Shown here: one piece after another, positions 1 to 14,345 of the stretch
Layout: each line of letters begins with the position of its first letter
Numbering within the stretch: the first letter of the stretch is position 1
Source: Paraspadella gotoi
Taxonomy: Eukaryota > Animalia > Chaetognatha
DNA length: 64,000 nucleotides
Assembly (NCBI GenBank): GCA_051294375.1
Contig: CM119266.1
Span: 20,748,780-20,812,779, forward strand
Direction of reading: 5' to 3'
Position numbers and translations under genes: made by a program
Notes under the pieces: generated by a model
Databases searched by the model: none
What the model was told of the DNA's origin: nothing
What the model saw: the letters and a program-made list of their open reading frames with translations, nothing else

Positions 1-1239
1 CCGAAGAGCCGTTGGAACCATAGCATTTCTGAGAGAGGGCGTTAGTATCTAAAAAAAATTTTTAAGGTAAAATATTAGTATTAGTATTTTCAAGGACAAG
101 CAAACACTATACCCTCAAATGTGAGAAGCTTGAAGTTATAATCTTTTTCAATATCATCGTGGTTGGATGTCCCTCTCAAAACGATGTGTCGATTTCCATA
201 TCGAAATGCCCAGCAAGATATTTCCCCTTAAATTTTCAGATTCGAGAAAATTAACTTTACGTCGCATTCAAATCGTAAGTTTTGACAAAATACCAAAAAC
301 TCACCGACGCATCCAACAACTATCTCGTGAGAATGCTGATTGTATTGCAGATTTAAAATAGTTGCCGCCGATTTGACGGAAGAGAAAACCTTTAAATCAA
401 GCATTGAAAAAAGCTTACTGACGCTTTACTTCTTTTCTAATGCCGGTTACCTCAAAGTTGGCCGCGAAAAGCTTTATTTGCGTTTCTCCTCTGCGCCATC
501 CAACAAACTGATTAATTTTCGGAACACAAACCATCGAATCGACGCAATCCTCATTTTTTGGCGTGATACGGAGTTTTCTTCGTCCGTCGGTTGAAAATAC
601 AATGAAGGTGGAAGTGTCATCAATTACGACATATTCCTTAACGAATTTTTTTACAAAAAGAAAAAAATATCACATAGAATTATTAATATGAATATCATTA
701 CAAAAATATTACCTTTGTGACACGATTAAAGGTCATGCAAAGTATGTCGCCACCGCCAGCAACGAAGGCAGCGTGATGGATACCGTGCCCGATGAGAACC
801 TCATGCGGGGACGCCGAGAGCGAGGCAGCGGATGACGGCGTCTCCGCGTCAGAATCATGAGCACCTTCATATACGATAAAAAAATTCGTTTCGAATTAAT
901 AAATTAATAGTATTTTTGAGTATTCAATTCTTTAAAACGGTACTTTTGGCATCTTGCTTTTGAAAATTTCTTTTCCGAAAGACTTTTTCTGATATATCGA
1001 TGGTGCTTTCTTTTCCTGTGATGGTATTAGGACTTAGGACTTCTCCTAAATTGAAGAAAAATAATTTGTAAAAATATTTTTAAAAAAACATTTTTAATAC
1101 TACCAATATGACCTTTAATTTTCTTCCAATATAAATTAGCTTTCGACGACTTTTTCGACGCCACTTGAAATTGGGTTTCGGCCTCATAATCAAGTTTTGC
1201 TTTTTCTTCGAGTAGTTGTTGTAAATAATGAGACTTCAT
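1..1239 (-). CDS. WD40/beta-propeller protein, WDR97/WDR87-like, 5' part only (runs off the window start)
   Basis: Phase-consistent minus-strand exons (about 1113-1239, 944-1016, 713-864, 451-636, 305-389, 113-228) give MKSHYLQQLL...ANLYWKKIK...VLIGHGIHH...LQYNQHSHEIVVGCVGEISCWAFRYGNRHIVL, with beta-rich WD-like repeats. Family call from memory only. Confidence 0.5.
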
Positions 1240-1694
1240 TCAATTTAATTCGATCCAATTTTCGAAATTTTTTTTATATAATGATGTTTAGAAACTGAGC
1301 CGAAAATTAAAAAGTTATAACTCGAATATTGATAAATTTATCATAATATTTGGAAGTCGTAATCCTCAATAAAAGTAATGATTTAGCGTCATAAATGATC
1401 TCTATGACGACAAAAGTCGTTGTCTTTTGTTTTTCCTCTTCTTCCCGACATCTGGAAGGAAATCAAGAAAACCCGCCTTAATGAATAAACGACGACTGAG
1501 TCTCTCTCCTTTCAAGACGCCCATATTTTCACATATGGAGCAACAAATGTTAGTTTTTTCCTTCGAATTTTTGTTGTTTGCTAATTTTTAAACATTTATT
1601 TTTCTCTCGAAATGTTGTGGTCCCCGTTTCTAAGGTTTTTCTTTCTTTTAGAAACAGAAAGGGCGGGGTTTTGTCTCGAACACCTTGATTGAAA

Positions 1695-3200
1695 ATGTCG
1701 ATGCGATGGCATTTATGCGTCCTCCTTGCCTTTTTCGTGACTATTGGATCGTGCCAAAAGGGTGCCGCTTTCGAGGACAACGAATTTGCGGAATTTGAGG
1801 ACGTCGGAGATGCTCCAGCTGATTTTGAAGACTCGCCAGAACCCAAGGACAGGTAGTTAATTTGGTTATTCGAACATAGATTAGTTGATCTTATTTTGGA
1901 TGTCCTTCTCAGGATGGACGAATTCGAGGAGATGGAAGAACCCCGTGAAGACGCCGCCGATAAACCCGCACCAGGTCCAGAAGACGAAGAGGAGGAGGAG
2001 GAAGAGGACGATCTCATCATGGAGGACGATTTCGACGAGGAATTCGAGACTGATGAAAGCGAGCCTTCGCGGAGAGTGTCGTCGCAGCCCACGCCGCCCC
2101 CGACTGGCCCCAAAGTAGTGGACATCCCCCACCATCTGCGAACCAATTGGGACTCGTTCGTTATCGAAATGATTATGTGCGCGGGTCTCATCGTCTACTT
2201 CGTCAACTTTTTTATCGGCAAAAGCAAAAACTACAAGTTGGCCAACGCCTGGCTCACGACTCACCGCCAAATCTTCGAGTCGAACTTCACCATCGTCGGC
2301 GACGACGGATCTGGGACCGAAGTCAATTCGGGAATCCTCATGAAGGATTCGGAGAACGTTTACTCGCTCTGGTGCAGCGGGCGGACCTGCGTGGAGGGAA
2401 TGCTTTGCGAGCTAAAATTTATCAAGCGCCAATGCCTCGTCGCCTCCATCGCCAATATCTTGCGACCCGGAAAGTCGGATCAGCTCCACGTCAGGGCAAA
2501 GTTTAATAAAGAGGATATGGATACCTTCGCCATGGCCGTCGGAAACAAGAAGACCATCGCCCGAATGTCCAAGGACCTTAACGACCTCAGCGCACTCTGC
2601 ACCGAGAAGAAGAGCGGGGAAAAAGTCGGCCTCGGATCAGGCTTTTCCGTCCTCAGCGAGATCGGCGAAGCAACCTCCGCTATTCTCGACAACAAGGTGG
2701 TGGCCTTGCTGGACAAGCACGAGGATATGCTCGACTCCATTCACATCACCGATCAGTTTACCGGATCGAAAAGTACGACCGAGGATTCCAACTCCTCAGG
2801 ATCCAAAGCCCCTCCGGAAGCCACCAAGGAAATTCGCTGCGTTTTTAATGTCCCGGGAAAGGGGAAGGCCAAGCCGGAGGACATGGAATCCCTCAAACCC
2901 ATGGTGCAACTCGTCTTCCATTTGGTGGATAAGGTGAAACGAATTCGTCTGAGCAAAGACGCAAAGAAAAAGGCGGAGCAAAACCGCGCCAAGATCGAGG
3001 AATCGCATCTCAAGATGACGCACTCCCAGCGTCAGGAGCTGGCGCAGCAGCGCCGCGAGGACAAGCGTCGCGCCGACAAGGAGAGGATGATGAACGAGGA
3101 AGATCCGGATAAACAGAGAAAGTGGGAGGAGAAAGAGTACAAGAAGGATATGAAAAAGAAGCAGCCTCGAGTCAAGCAAATGAAAATGAAGGCCATGTAG
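1695..3200 (+). CDS. CCDC47: PAT complex subunit CCDC47 (calumin); exons 1695-1852, 1913-3200
   Basis: Signal peptide MSMRWHLCVLLAFFVTIGSC, acidic lumenal region (FEDNEFAEFE), TM IPHHLRTNWDSFVIEMIMCAGLIVYFVNFFIG, motifs YSLWCSGR and IHITDQFTG, C-terminal coiled coil ending KQMKMKAM. Confidence 0.95.
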
Positions 3201-3567
3201 CTCTGATCTCTATTTCACTCAATCACAATTCAACCGTTTTCGAACTTCACCGGAGTTGTTCTTCTAACGCTTTGTTTTTGTTTGATGTGGTTTTATTGGG
3301 ATCTCTTTGCGGGGCCCGCTTTTTAGTTGTTTTTTTTTTACCGGTGGGAGTTTGACAATGGTACGGGTATCACCAGTCAATTATCACGCACTACCCGTTG
3401 CATTTTTCAGTTCCTACCGGAGGTTTTTGTTAAATAAGTATTTTCACAACGCTTAGATGGGATCGAGTTGAAACGTTGCTTAATATTTTTTTTATAAGCG
3501 GTTAAACTATTGACAGTTTGATAAAACTTATTGCTCTGTTGCAGATTGAGTCCGAGTAAAGTGACCA

Positions 3568-5874
3568 ATGCCGAAAAAAGGCTCTAAAAGAATCGCCAAT
3601 TCCTCGAAAAAGGAGTCGGACAAAGACAAAATAAAGAAATTTAAGGATGAGACGATTCCAGACACGGCAGCTCCCCCGGAGAATGTGGAGGAAGAGCGGC
3701 GAAGTCAGGAGTTCGAGCCCGGCGAGTCCAGTTTATCGGAGAGCGAGGATCGATTTAAACTCGTCGAAGTTGACTCCAGCGCTTCCGCAACTATTTTGGA
3801 GAAAGGAAGTGTCGATTTGACGGAGGATCGGCTCCAGGATGCCAAGGAGGTCAACGCGGATGACATCGAAAATCTCATCGATGAAATGGACAGCACCAAC
3901 GCGGCGAACGCCGACGAAGGCGCCGCGACTCAACCTTCTGAGGTTGAACTCGTGAAACCGCGCGTTTTGAGTGGGCTCGAAATTCTAAACATTCCTGGCC
4001 CAGAGGCGTTGCGGGAGACGTTGACCAACAGCACGGATCCCCTAAAAAGCATCGAGGATTTTCAACGAGCGAACGGCATCCATCTTCCGTCGCTCGGACC
4101 CGCGTTGCCCTTTCTTGATCTCCACGGAATGGATCGACGGGAATTTCATCAAACTATTTTTAACGAAATCAGCGAGAAGACATTGGCTAAAATAGAAAAA
4201 CTCGGCGCCGTCATCAGACGTGCGGACAACCCAGAGGGCGCCGAAAACGCTTTACGAAAATTAGAACGTCTCTTGGACTCAAATTTCCACGTGGTTCGAG
4301 TTAAGGCGCTTCAGCCAATTGTGTTGGCGACGATGAAACACATTCCGGTCGTTCCGCTGGAGTATCTCAATGAAATCATGAACGATCCTCAGCTCTACAA
4401 ATTCTCTTCGACTGAGCTGAAGCGACAGATTTGGGAAGGAAACCAGTCGCTTTTTGGCGACGAAGTAGCTCCTCTGTTGCAAGACTATATCGAGAGCAAG
4501 AACGACGCCCTCTTTTCTGTCGACTCCGGCGCGCAGGCCTTTCTCTCTCTGGCGCCCAAGATGCGGCGACAAAGCAAAGTTGTTACCGACCTCGCTCTCT
4601 ACGTTGGCGACAAGATTCTTCTCTACGATCTCGTTCTTCAATTTCTGCGAACTTTGTATCTTACCACCCGTTTCATGCACTATTGCACGCTGAGAGCGGA
4701 ACTGCTCATGGCGTTGCACGATACCAAAGTAAACAAAATTACTGCGGAGGATCCTTGTTACAAATTTACATGGTGCTTGGACGCTTGCATAACTGACAAA
4801 GGCGTCGACGAAAAGCGTGGTGTAGAGTTGCAAATGTTTATGGAAGGAATATCGAAAGATCAGGAACAAGTTCTCGGAGATTTGGCGATGATCATGAGCG
4901 ACCCTTACGCCGTTAATACCGTCATGATTTCCATTTTTAAATGCCTCCAGTCTTGCGCCCGCAACGATCAGATGCCAAAAGACAACCACGAGCTAATCGT
5001 TCTTTTCAAGATGCTCAATCTCGGAGTCCACGCTTGGGAAATGATCGAATCGCAAGTCTTCAAGGAACGAAAGCTGCATCCCGAACTTTTTTCCAAATTT
5101 TTACCCTGCGTCTTGTCTATGATGGTTGAGGATAAAATTCGTTCCGTTAAAACTGACATCGCTCAGGAGCAACGTGAAATGGCGAAACTTGCAAACGCGG
5201 GACTTCCACCCGGAACCCAAGATCCTCCGGCTTCTATCCCTCCGCCCGATCCGCCCTCTAAACCTTCTATCTACTTCAAAAATTACGTAAAGCAACATGC
5301 CATTGGCGCTCTCGTCGGCATGTACTACGCTCTTAACTTGGTGAAAAACAAAGATAGGCTGGGACTTTGCAGCATTCTTCCTTGCGTCGTAAACTTTCAC
5401 GACGCCTTTCTTTATGAAGACGTGTTCCTACACTCGCTGGTCACGCATCTCGTCAAAGACATGGCCGCAGATTTTGCCAACGACGACTTTTGCATGGCGA
5501 TTTTTGACGAATTTCTCTTCGAATGCGCCACACCCACAGAAGCGACCTCCGCGGATGATCCGGCGCCTGTAATCAAGGAAAACGTGATTCGTCACACCAT
5601 TCGGTTGCTCTCGTTCGTTCATCCCAAAATGAGTTTATCCAGGGTTGAGACGTTACTCGATTTTATCAAGCCCTCCAAACAACACAGGTAAAATATTAAT
5701 GTTTTTAAGATATATGGAAATGTATTGTAATTTGCAAATTTTTTTGCCATTTTTAGTGAAATCACTCAAAAACTTCACCGGACATTAAGCGAAAAAGTCT
5801 CTTCCGGTCAACGATTCAGCGCTGCGGGAGTCGACGTCCTTGCTTCTTCGGAGAATTCAAGCGCCGATGTCTGA
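3568..5874 (+). CDS. NELFB: Negative elongation factor B (COBRA1); exons 3568-5687, 5757-5874
   Basis: LRETLTNSTDPLKSIEDFQRANGIHLPSLGPALPFLDLHG, LYDLVLQFLRTL, HYCTLRAELLMALHD and DPCYKFTWCLDACI are NELF-B signature segments. Confidence 0.95.
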
Positions 5875-6006
5875 TTTTAAACGCGCATCTATCAGACTTA
5901 TTTAGTTAACTCATGTCCGTATTTTTATTGATAACCTTATTTGCAATGCATTTCTACTATTTTTACAGTTTTACTTGGTAAATTTAGCTTTTTAAATCGT
6001 CTCTCA

Positions 6007-7434
6007 ATGTCAACCCAGGTTAGTTTTTATCCTTTAGATGTTGCTGTCGTCGATGATATATACATACATACAATAAACATTTTATTTATAAAATCAGGTT
6101 TCGGAGGAACCGTCGACCTACGCAGAGGGCGAAAAGGTCCTTTGTTTTCACTTGGGCTATCTCTACGAGGCAAAAATTCTCAAAGCTGAAGCCAGTGAGG
6201 TTATTCATTCACAATTACATTTTGTATATTTTTAATTAAATGTGAAAAGAGAGAAATGAATACAAGTATATTTAGTAATTTTATTGTTCATATTAAATGT
6301 TATAAATAACACCCATTCCTACCAGCAAGAAAAAACATGTTTTTATTTATTTGATTTGAACTCATCCGGCAATCCTTTATTTTTTTAACGCAGTCGGGCC
6401 ACTCTCGATACTTCGTTCATTACAATGGCTGGAAAAAGACATGGGACGAATGGGTGCCGAGCGATAAAATTCTCAAACTTAACGACGTTAATCGCGAGAA
6501 ACAAAAATCTTTGCGCCTTCAAGGAGGCAGCGGCGAGTCGCTCACCGGCCCATCGGGTATTTTCCCGGAGACGAAATCGTTGCGCCGTTCTAAAGCGTCG
6601 GAACAGAAAACGGACGACGATGATGACTCTGTGGCGTCTCTCACTCCCGAGGCATCCTCGCTTGCTAAAGGAAAGTTTCTCACTCCAACCGCTCAAAAAG
6701 AAAATCTCGGAACGGAAAAGCGCGCGAGCAACGCTTCAGGAGGTCATCGTCGCGGGGGTACCGTTCCTAAGTCTCGCGGCGACGTCGTCAAGGATCCCCT
6801 TTTGCCCGTCATCGTCGGCGGCACAAGCACTCGCCCCATTATTTCGGCGGGGGGGCATCGCGGGCGCTCGCATAAACTGACGGTCGAGAGTAAGGATTCC
6901 CAAGTGAAGCGACAGCGAGCTGAACTCCCGATCGACATTCCCGAAACCTTGAAACGGATCCTTGTAGAGGATTGGGATCTTGTATCGCGAGAGTCGCACC
7001 TCGTCGTCGTTCCCGCCGACGTCGTCATGGAAACGGTTTTATCCGACTACTTGAAGGACCGCGTGGGTCGGCCGGATCCCTGCGTTCGTTCCGAGTTTGT
7101 GGCTTCCTTGAAGGAGTATTTCAACATTATGCTGGGACCTCAACTTCTCTACCGTTTCGAGCGTCGGCAATATCTCGCTTTAGAAAAAGAGAACGGAGAC
7201 GACTTCTTTCCCTCAAAAATCTACGGCGCCGTTCATCTTCTGCGTCTTTTCGTCAAGCTCGGTTCCGTTCTTTCTTACACGCCGTTGAATCAGGAGGAAT
7301 GCAGGATGATCCTTGACGTATCTCACGACTTTCTTTTGTTTCTCCTCGAACAACATTCTCTCTACTTTGATGTCAAGAAGGTTTTTGGTCCCGCCCCCGC
7401 TGATTACGTCAAGGAAAGCGTCAAATCGGGATAA
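6007..7434 (+). CDS. MORF4L1: MRG15/MORF4L1-like chromo-barrel + MRG domain protein; exons about 6007-6018, 6098-6199, 6394-7434
   Basis: YAEGEKVLCFHLGYLYEAKI and YFVHYNGWKKTWDEWVP (chromo-barrel); LKRILVEDWD, LKEYFNIMLGPQLLYRFERRQY and IYGAVHLLRLFVKLG (MRG domain). Start exon less certain. Confidence 0.9.
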
Positions 7435-8815
7435 TCGATGAGGATTGGTTTATCCTTCAATTTTGTGCCTTTTTTTTCAAATCGCCGTCGTTGAGGTAGT
7501 CGTTGTATTAACTTCGAAGCGTAGTGAAGCTGATGTTTTGAACAGAGGTAGTGTGTAGTATGTAGTATTTTTAAGCTATTTGTTAAAATTTAACATTTCA
7601 CATTCGGTTTTACATGACTTGGTGTGGTAGATTTTTCGGCTTATTGAATAATATCACGTAATTTCACACTGCTGCATCACAGCGTTCCTTAAAATTTTTA
7701 ACGCTATGCTACAGCATAAATCCCAAAACCCTAAAGTTTAAACCCTGGATCTCGTTTTTTCACTCTTTGTGGTTGAGCTTTCTCTCATTCGTGTGATGCT
7801 TACATTACTTATAAATCTATATATGACAATGTACATGGGTGGGTAAAGACAGAAAACTCCAGTTTCCTCAGAATTTAGGGGTCAAGCCTTTTTAGGGGCC
7901 CCTGATTGGCCCATCAGTTACAAAAGCTGTAAAACCGAATTCTTGCTAAGTGGAAAGTAATATAATAGGCACTTGATTATCAGTGGACCCGCCACGTTTT
8001 TAGGTTTGCGGTGGGGTCTGCCAGCTACCTACATGTCCCTCAATGATTCTGAATGATACAAATTTTGAAAGATTAAATTTTTAGAATGAAATCATTGATC
8101 TCTTTTTCTGTTATATCATAATAATTAATTTCAGTGATATTATTTGTACGTACCTGCTGCTCTCTTTGTAGATTTAAAGAAAATGAGATTGTTTTTCGCT
8201 GAAGTTATATTTCTATTTGTTCCATTTTAATGAATGTTAAAAATGTTAAAAAACTTCAGATTAGATTAATGTACTGATTATATTAGGCAAAAAAATCCCT
8301 TCCTTCTTTGTTGTGCGTAAACAATGAGTTGTTATTTCGTGATTAAGAGATTAATCATGTCTCATTAGTTATAACCATTTCATCAATTTATTTTTTCTAG
8401 TTCTGACATTAACCAAATTTAATTCTTTTCATGTTTCATGTCGTTATAGAAGTGCATTGAACTTTCTCTATTTAATAATGTGATATCAGTAGCTTTATTT
8501 TGTAATTACTAGTCAAACGCGGGCCTGAATAATTTAAAACCCTTTTCTTGTTATGTTTCCACAAAACAGTTTGAAGCTGAAAAAAAAATGAATTGAATGA
8601 AATATTAAACTGATTTTAATAAACAAAGCCTTCACAAATCACTTTTGCTCTGCCTAAAAATCAATCTTTTAACAACGCCCTTTGGTCGGCCGCTCTTACT
8701 GATTAATTTACAAGCCATACTCAGAAGCCATTACTTCTACGCTTCTTGGCAAGCTCTCGTCCGCTTTTCTTGCGGAGCCTAAAACACGAAACATTTTCAA
8801 GACGAGCATACTTAA

Positions 8816-9649
<834 letters not shown>

Positions 9650-10665
9650 TCCCGAAGTTTCGACGCGTTACTAACAAAACACACGTTCCATTCCTTTTTC
9701 CTTTTGTAATTGAAGGATCACGTACAACATTTTTACTAAGTTTCTTGTGCTGCTGACTTTCGCCGAAGCATTCACTTCTTTTGCTTACTCGGTGGAAGTT
9801 CAAGCTATTAAAAACAAACTCTGGTTGATTTAATAGAATCAATTATTTTTAAAGAATAACTTTCAACTTTTTCTCTTCTCTGATATAAATTGTCATATCC
9901 TCATATGAGTAGAATAAGAAAGTTAGTATTTTGATTCTATCAAACTCTTTCACAATTGGGATACGGTTGCCATCATGATTAATAACTGCCCTCAGCTTTG
10001 AATTTCCCTTTTATATTTTTTGTTGCCCAGTTTTGTGGCCGTCAAAATGTTGGTTTCATTTCCTAACTAAACAAATTTGGTAAATGCTATGTAGTGTCAT
10101 AATTATAAACGTTTAGTTTGTCAACATTTTCTTCCAACAATGCTTGTGGGAGATTTTTCCCTAAATAATGTGATAATTTTAAGATCTAGTAGGCGTAGAT
10201 CTATTATTTTATTTAAGTTACTAGTATTCTAAAAAAATTTTAACGTGACCCTTTTAAGTAATTATTTGGTCAGGCAGCCTGGCTAGTGGCTACACATTCG
10301 CGCAAAAAGTCTTAAAAATTAAGCTGCCTTATTATATATATAGTCAACTCACGTTATTCCATTGCCAGAATTCTTTTACGATCCTTGGCTTATCGGACTT
10401 GCAACAGTTTAAAATGGTGAGCGAATTTTATTTTATTTTAGCTCCTTCAGATCCTGTCACGTTAATTAATACTCAAAATTTAAATAAATTTTGACCACTG
10501 AACCTGATGTTTTCAACAATTAAACCGCGCGCTAGAAGGAAACATGCGTCCCAATCCTTTTTCAACGTAAAGTCAAATCGAGAGATTTCTGTTACGTGGA
10601 TTTAATTAATTATATGATTATTAAAGATGTTGAAGGTTTCATTTTACACCATAGGTTTGTCAATC

Positions 10666-13564
10666 ATGGTGAATAGATTTGACTTTGTTGAGGAGATAAA
10701 CTTAAGCGACGATGAGGATGAGAGGTGGAAAGATCAAAATTGTGATTTCTCACCGACGGAAATTCACAACCAGGTAACTTTAATGGATTATCATTTATTT
10801 AATTTAATTCTCAAATTCAATTAAACTAAGCGGCATCTTAACATATGTTACATACTTTGTGTGTTGAGTATTGTTATCTTGTCTTTTTTTTAGTCGAGCA
10901 GATTGTTATGTATTTAATTTTTTTTCTTCAGGAAATTACTGAAGAAGGAATTTGGACGAATGAATATAGCGATTCCTATTATAATCTAAATGAAGATGAA
11001 CAGGCCACTGAAAACTATGGCAGTTATTACGATGAAGTTCCGACGTACAACGAGGACCAGCTATGTTATTACGACGAAAACGAGGGCATTTATGTTTATT
11101 ACGACAACTCCGTCCAGTCGAGTTATGACGACGGTAAGCGCCGCAATCGTATGCGCTTTTGGTTCATAAAATGATTAACTTTTGGTTTTAAATTTTATGA
11201 AAATCATTTTCAGGAACTCAACCCCCAGTCTCACCAGGGTCTATTCCAAACAATTCTCGAAAATGGAAAAAATCTCTCTCTTCGTTCACGTCGTCTTCCT
11301 TTGAATCTCCGTCGGGCTTCCCTTCCACCCCCGCCATCACGGTCTCCATTTCTAGCGACGATGATGATGAATCTGAGGAGCCTCCCATTCGCTTTTCAAA
11401 TGCGGACGATTCCGATGAAGATCCTCATTTTCGAGTCAAATCTGTCGTCAAATCTCGACTACCCGACTCTTCGCGAAAGCTTCGTCCGAAAAAGGAAGAG
11501 GGCGAAATTCATCGAGTGTCCGAAGGGAAGGTTATGTCGAGGAAGCGCTTTAACAAATCTGCGAGTTCCTCAAAGTCTGTCGCAGTCCCGGAACCGGATC
11601 TTGTTTGTCTCGACTCCGACGAGGATGACGAAATCCCACTAAAGAAAAAAAACCGTATTTCGTCGCTCCCGCGATCTACCCCAAAATTCCAATCACAAAA
11701 CTTTTATCGACCGAAAAGCAGGATTAGACACGAAGGGACGAAGAGCATGAGGGGGTCCGTTACCGAACGGGGGCACCCATCGATGAATGGTTTCGAATGT
11801 GGGTCATCGTCCAAAACCGTGATCCAAGCGCCACCGACGGAAATAGTTTTGGACGATGACGCTGTGGAAACCATAAAGGAACCTCGAACCGACTTGATAA
11901 AAAACGACGGCATAAAAAGTCAAATCACCTCGCAACGTTCTAACCACAAAATCCGTCGGGATCGCAACATTCTCATGCCAGTCTTTCAATACTATTACGG
12001 CTGGTCTGAGGGAAAAACGGAACCGTCGACTGCTCGATATTTTCGTTTCCGATGCTCCCGGGAAGGTTGCGCACATGTCAGCTTTGACAACGTCGCTGCC
12101 ATGCGCCATGCAGTGGGTCATATTAATTTTCAAGACACGCCACTCGAAAGTGACATATTTTCCGACTTCATTCGATGCCCCACTTGTTTCGAACCTTTCA
12201 AGACGCGTTATGAGATTCAGTGTCACTACGAAGCCAAGCACGCTCCTCTCGCCACCAAATCTAAAGGTCCTCATCGATGCAAGATTTGCGAAAGGGACAT
12301 AGACGGACAGGAACGATTCATCCAGCATATGAGGCGTTTCCACGTGGCCAAAGACTTGCCTTACGTTTGCCCAGTTTGCTCCTACCGTTCTTCGGTCTAT
12401 AACATGGTTTTGGATCATTTTCTCGCATCGCACGCCGCCACCGAAGAATCGCTTTGTCCGTTCTGTTTGAAATCTTTTCCGCTTCTCTCCGATGACGACG
12501 AAGACGAAAATTCTAATTGCGGTGACACCAAAGGTTATTTAAACCATCTAGCGGAGCACACGATCAAAAAACGTCACAAGTGTCAGCAGTGTCGTTTGAT
12601 TTTCTTAAAAGGAACGGATCTCTCTTTACACGTGCAGTGTGACCACAAAACGGCGAAAGGAAAAATAGAAGCGCTCCAGCCTACATCTTCCGCAGATTAC
12701 GTAAAAATCACCGTCGCCGAGGCGATCTCTCCATCGGAAAAAAGTTCGCCCTCGAAAATTTATGAACGATCTCGCGCGATTCTCGCTCATTTCTCCATGA
12801 CACTCGGCCAACGCGCCGGCCCACAAAGTGTCTCCGCGGAAGGTCTCAAAGCTTGGAACTTGAGATGCATTGAATGTCATCGACCATTAGACTTTGCCGG
12901 ACATTTTCGGACGGTAGGGTCCCTAATGATTATTCGGTGCGACCGATGTGCTTTCAGTACAACATGTAGCTTCACCTATGCGAAACACATGATTCTTTTT
13001 CACGGGACCGCCGCTGATAGAATGAAAATCGTAGCTCGCGAAAGGAAGATCCAGTTCGGGAAGTTGCGATGCCGGGGTTGCTCATTTGAATCTAACTTTG
13101 GCGACCGGATGTGTCGGCACGTGATCGATTGTAGTCTCGGGTCAAAAGGGGCTTCTATAATTTCGGATGTCACAGATATGAATCTTGTTCAAAAAAACGT
13201 CGTGAATACTCTCTCTACCATTCAAAATAAATTGGCGATTAAGTTTGATTCTAATTTAAAATCAAAACCGAAGAGGAAAAAAAGTTTGGCTGTATCGGAT
13301 GGAATGAATGAAAGATTGCTCGAGGCGAAAGGTGTAGTCGATGACCTTCTTGCTTTAATAGATCCTGTCGGCACCGTTTTGGAAGAGATTCTCGTGTGGG
13401 TCGAAAAAAACTTATCACATAACAAAGAAAATGACCGCATAGTTTTGCCCGCCCCTACTCTGTTGTCCCCCATTAATTTATTACAGAATTCATCCGACGA
13501 AGATCAAAGCAATGAATCTGGTTTACCGGAAGTTATTGCTTTGTCAGATTCTGACGACGATTAA
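10666..13564 (+). CDS. POGZ/ZNF280 (Drosophila row-like) C2H2 zinc-finger protein; exons 10666-10773, 10932-11133, 11214-13564
   Basis: Finger cluster CPTCFEPF..QCHYEAKH / CKICE..FIQHMRRFH..LPYVCPVCSYRSS..HF..H..LCPFCLKSF matches the POGZ/ZNF280 array; exon phases are consistent. Confidence 0.8.
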
Positions 13565-13577
13565 ACAACAATCTTTA

Positions 13578-13732
13578 AGTTAGGTTTTTTATTGATTAAA
13601 AACAACGGCAAAATTGAAACAAAAAATAACGGACATGTTTCGGCTCTGAAGAGAGCCTTCTTCAGCGCGAAAAATATATATATATTTTTTTTAAATTTTG
13701 CCGTTGTTCTTAAACCATAAAAAAACGTAACT
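13578..13732. mobile_element. Short fold-back Penelope pLTR-like remnant containing a hammerhead motif
   Basis: Inverted arms about 13578-13617 and 13694-13732 (aacaacggcaaaatt / aattttgccgttgtt), with sequence similar to the ends of the 24729-26202 element. Confidence 0.55.
13628..13669 (-). ncRNA. Minimal type I hammerhead ribozyme motif (Penelope-type)
   Basis: Minus strand reads cgcg CTGAAGA a GGCTC tcttca GAGCC GAAAC ATG TC cgtt: catalytic core boxes, 5-bp stem II and palindromic ACATGT stem III. Confidence 0.7.
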
Positions 13733-14220
13733 AAAACTTAACAACAACGATTCGAAAGAAATTACATTAAAATAAATGCGACAATAAATTGGTAATTTAT
13801 CTTCATGACAAGTAATAAATTTTTGTGAAAATTAATTGTCAAGCGATTGATAATTTTTTAATTATAATTTGTATTTGATTATTTGTTAGTTCTATCGATT
13901 TGTTACGTTGAATTTAAGTACATGTAGTTCTTGGCATACTATGTTTTAAACTTTAAGTATAATTTTATCTTCAGTTTGTCTCCTCGGTTTTAACATATAT
14001 TTATATTAGAATGATTTTTGTATTAATTACCAAGCAATAGAATAAGATTTTACTGTTTTTATTATTGTTTTGTTTTTAGTATAAATTTAGGATAGTAGTA
14101 TACTAATTATTAAAAGGAAAATAAAAGGATATTGTCTAAGGATAGTCAAGTCTAACCTGGAGGCCTTAAACCACCAAAGCCTGTCCAAAGTCAGGGGCAA
14201 AATAGCTTATTTGGCTATCT

Positions 14221-14345
14221 TTTACTTTCGCCGACCGGGATTTTGTGGTCGGTGATTTGTTTTTCGATTTTTTTTTTAATTTGTGCAAATATGAAAAAAA
14301 GAACACTGGTAAGGGTAGAAAAAAATTTTTATTGTAAATTTTATT
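14221..14345. repeat. Dispersed repeat with ccgacc...ggtcgg hairpin; second copy about 22501-22635
   Basis: ccgaccgggattttg(t/c)ggtcggt.atttgtttttc followed by ggtaa.ggt.gaaaaa..ttttttatt is present at both loci. Confidence 0.6.

Noticed and set aside
1550-5622. Long antisense or alternate-frame ORFs over CCDC47 and NELFB (e.g. 1550-2191, 4279-4989)
   Set aside because: Shadow ORFs of GC-richer coding exons with no independent protein features.
11516-13564. Pogo transposase domestication (full POGZ)
   Set aside because: Only the zinc-finger array is present; no CENP-B HTH or DDE domain occurs before the stop.
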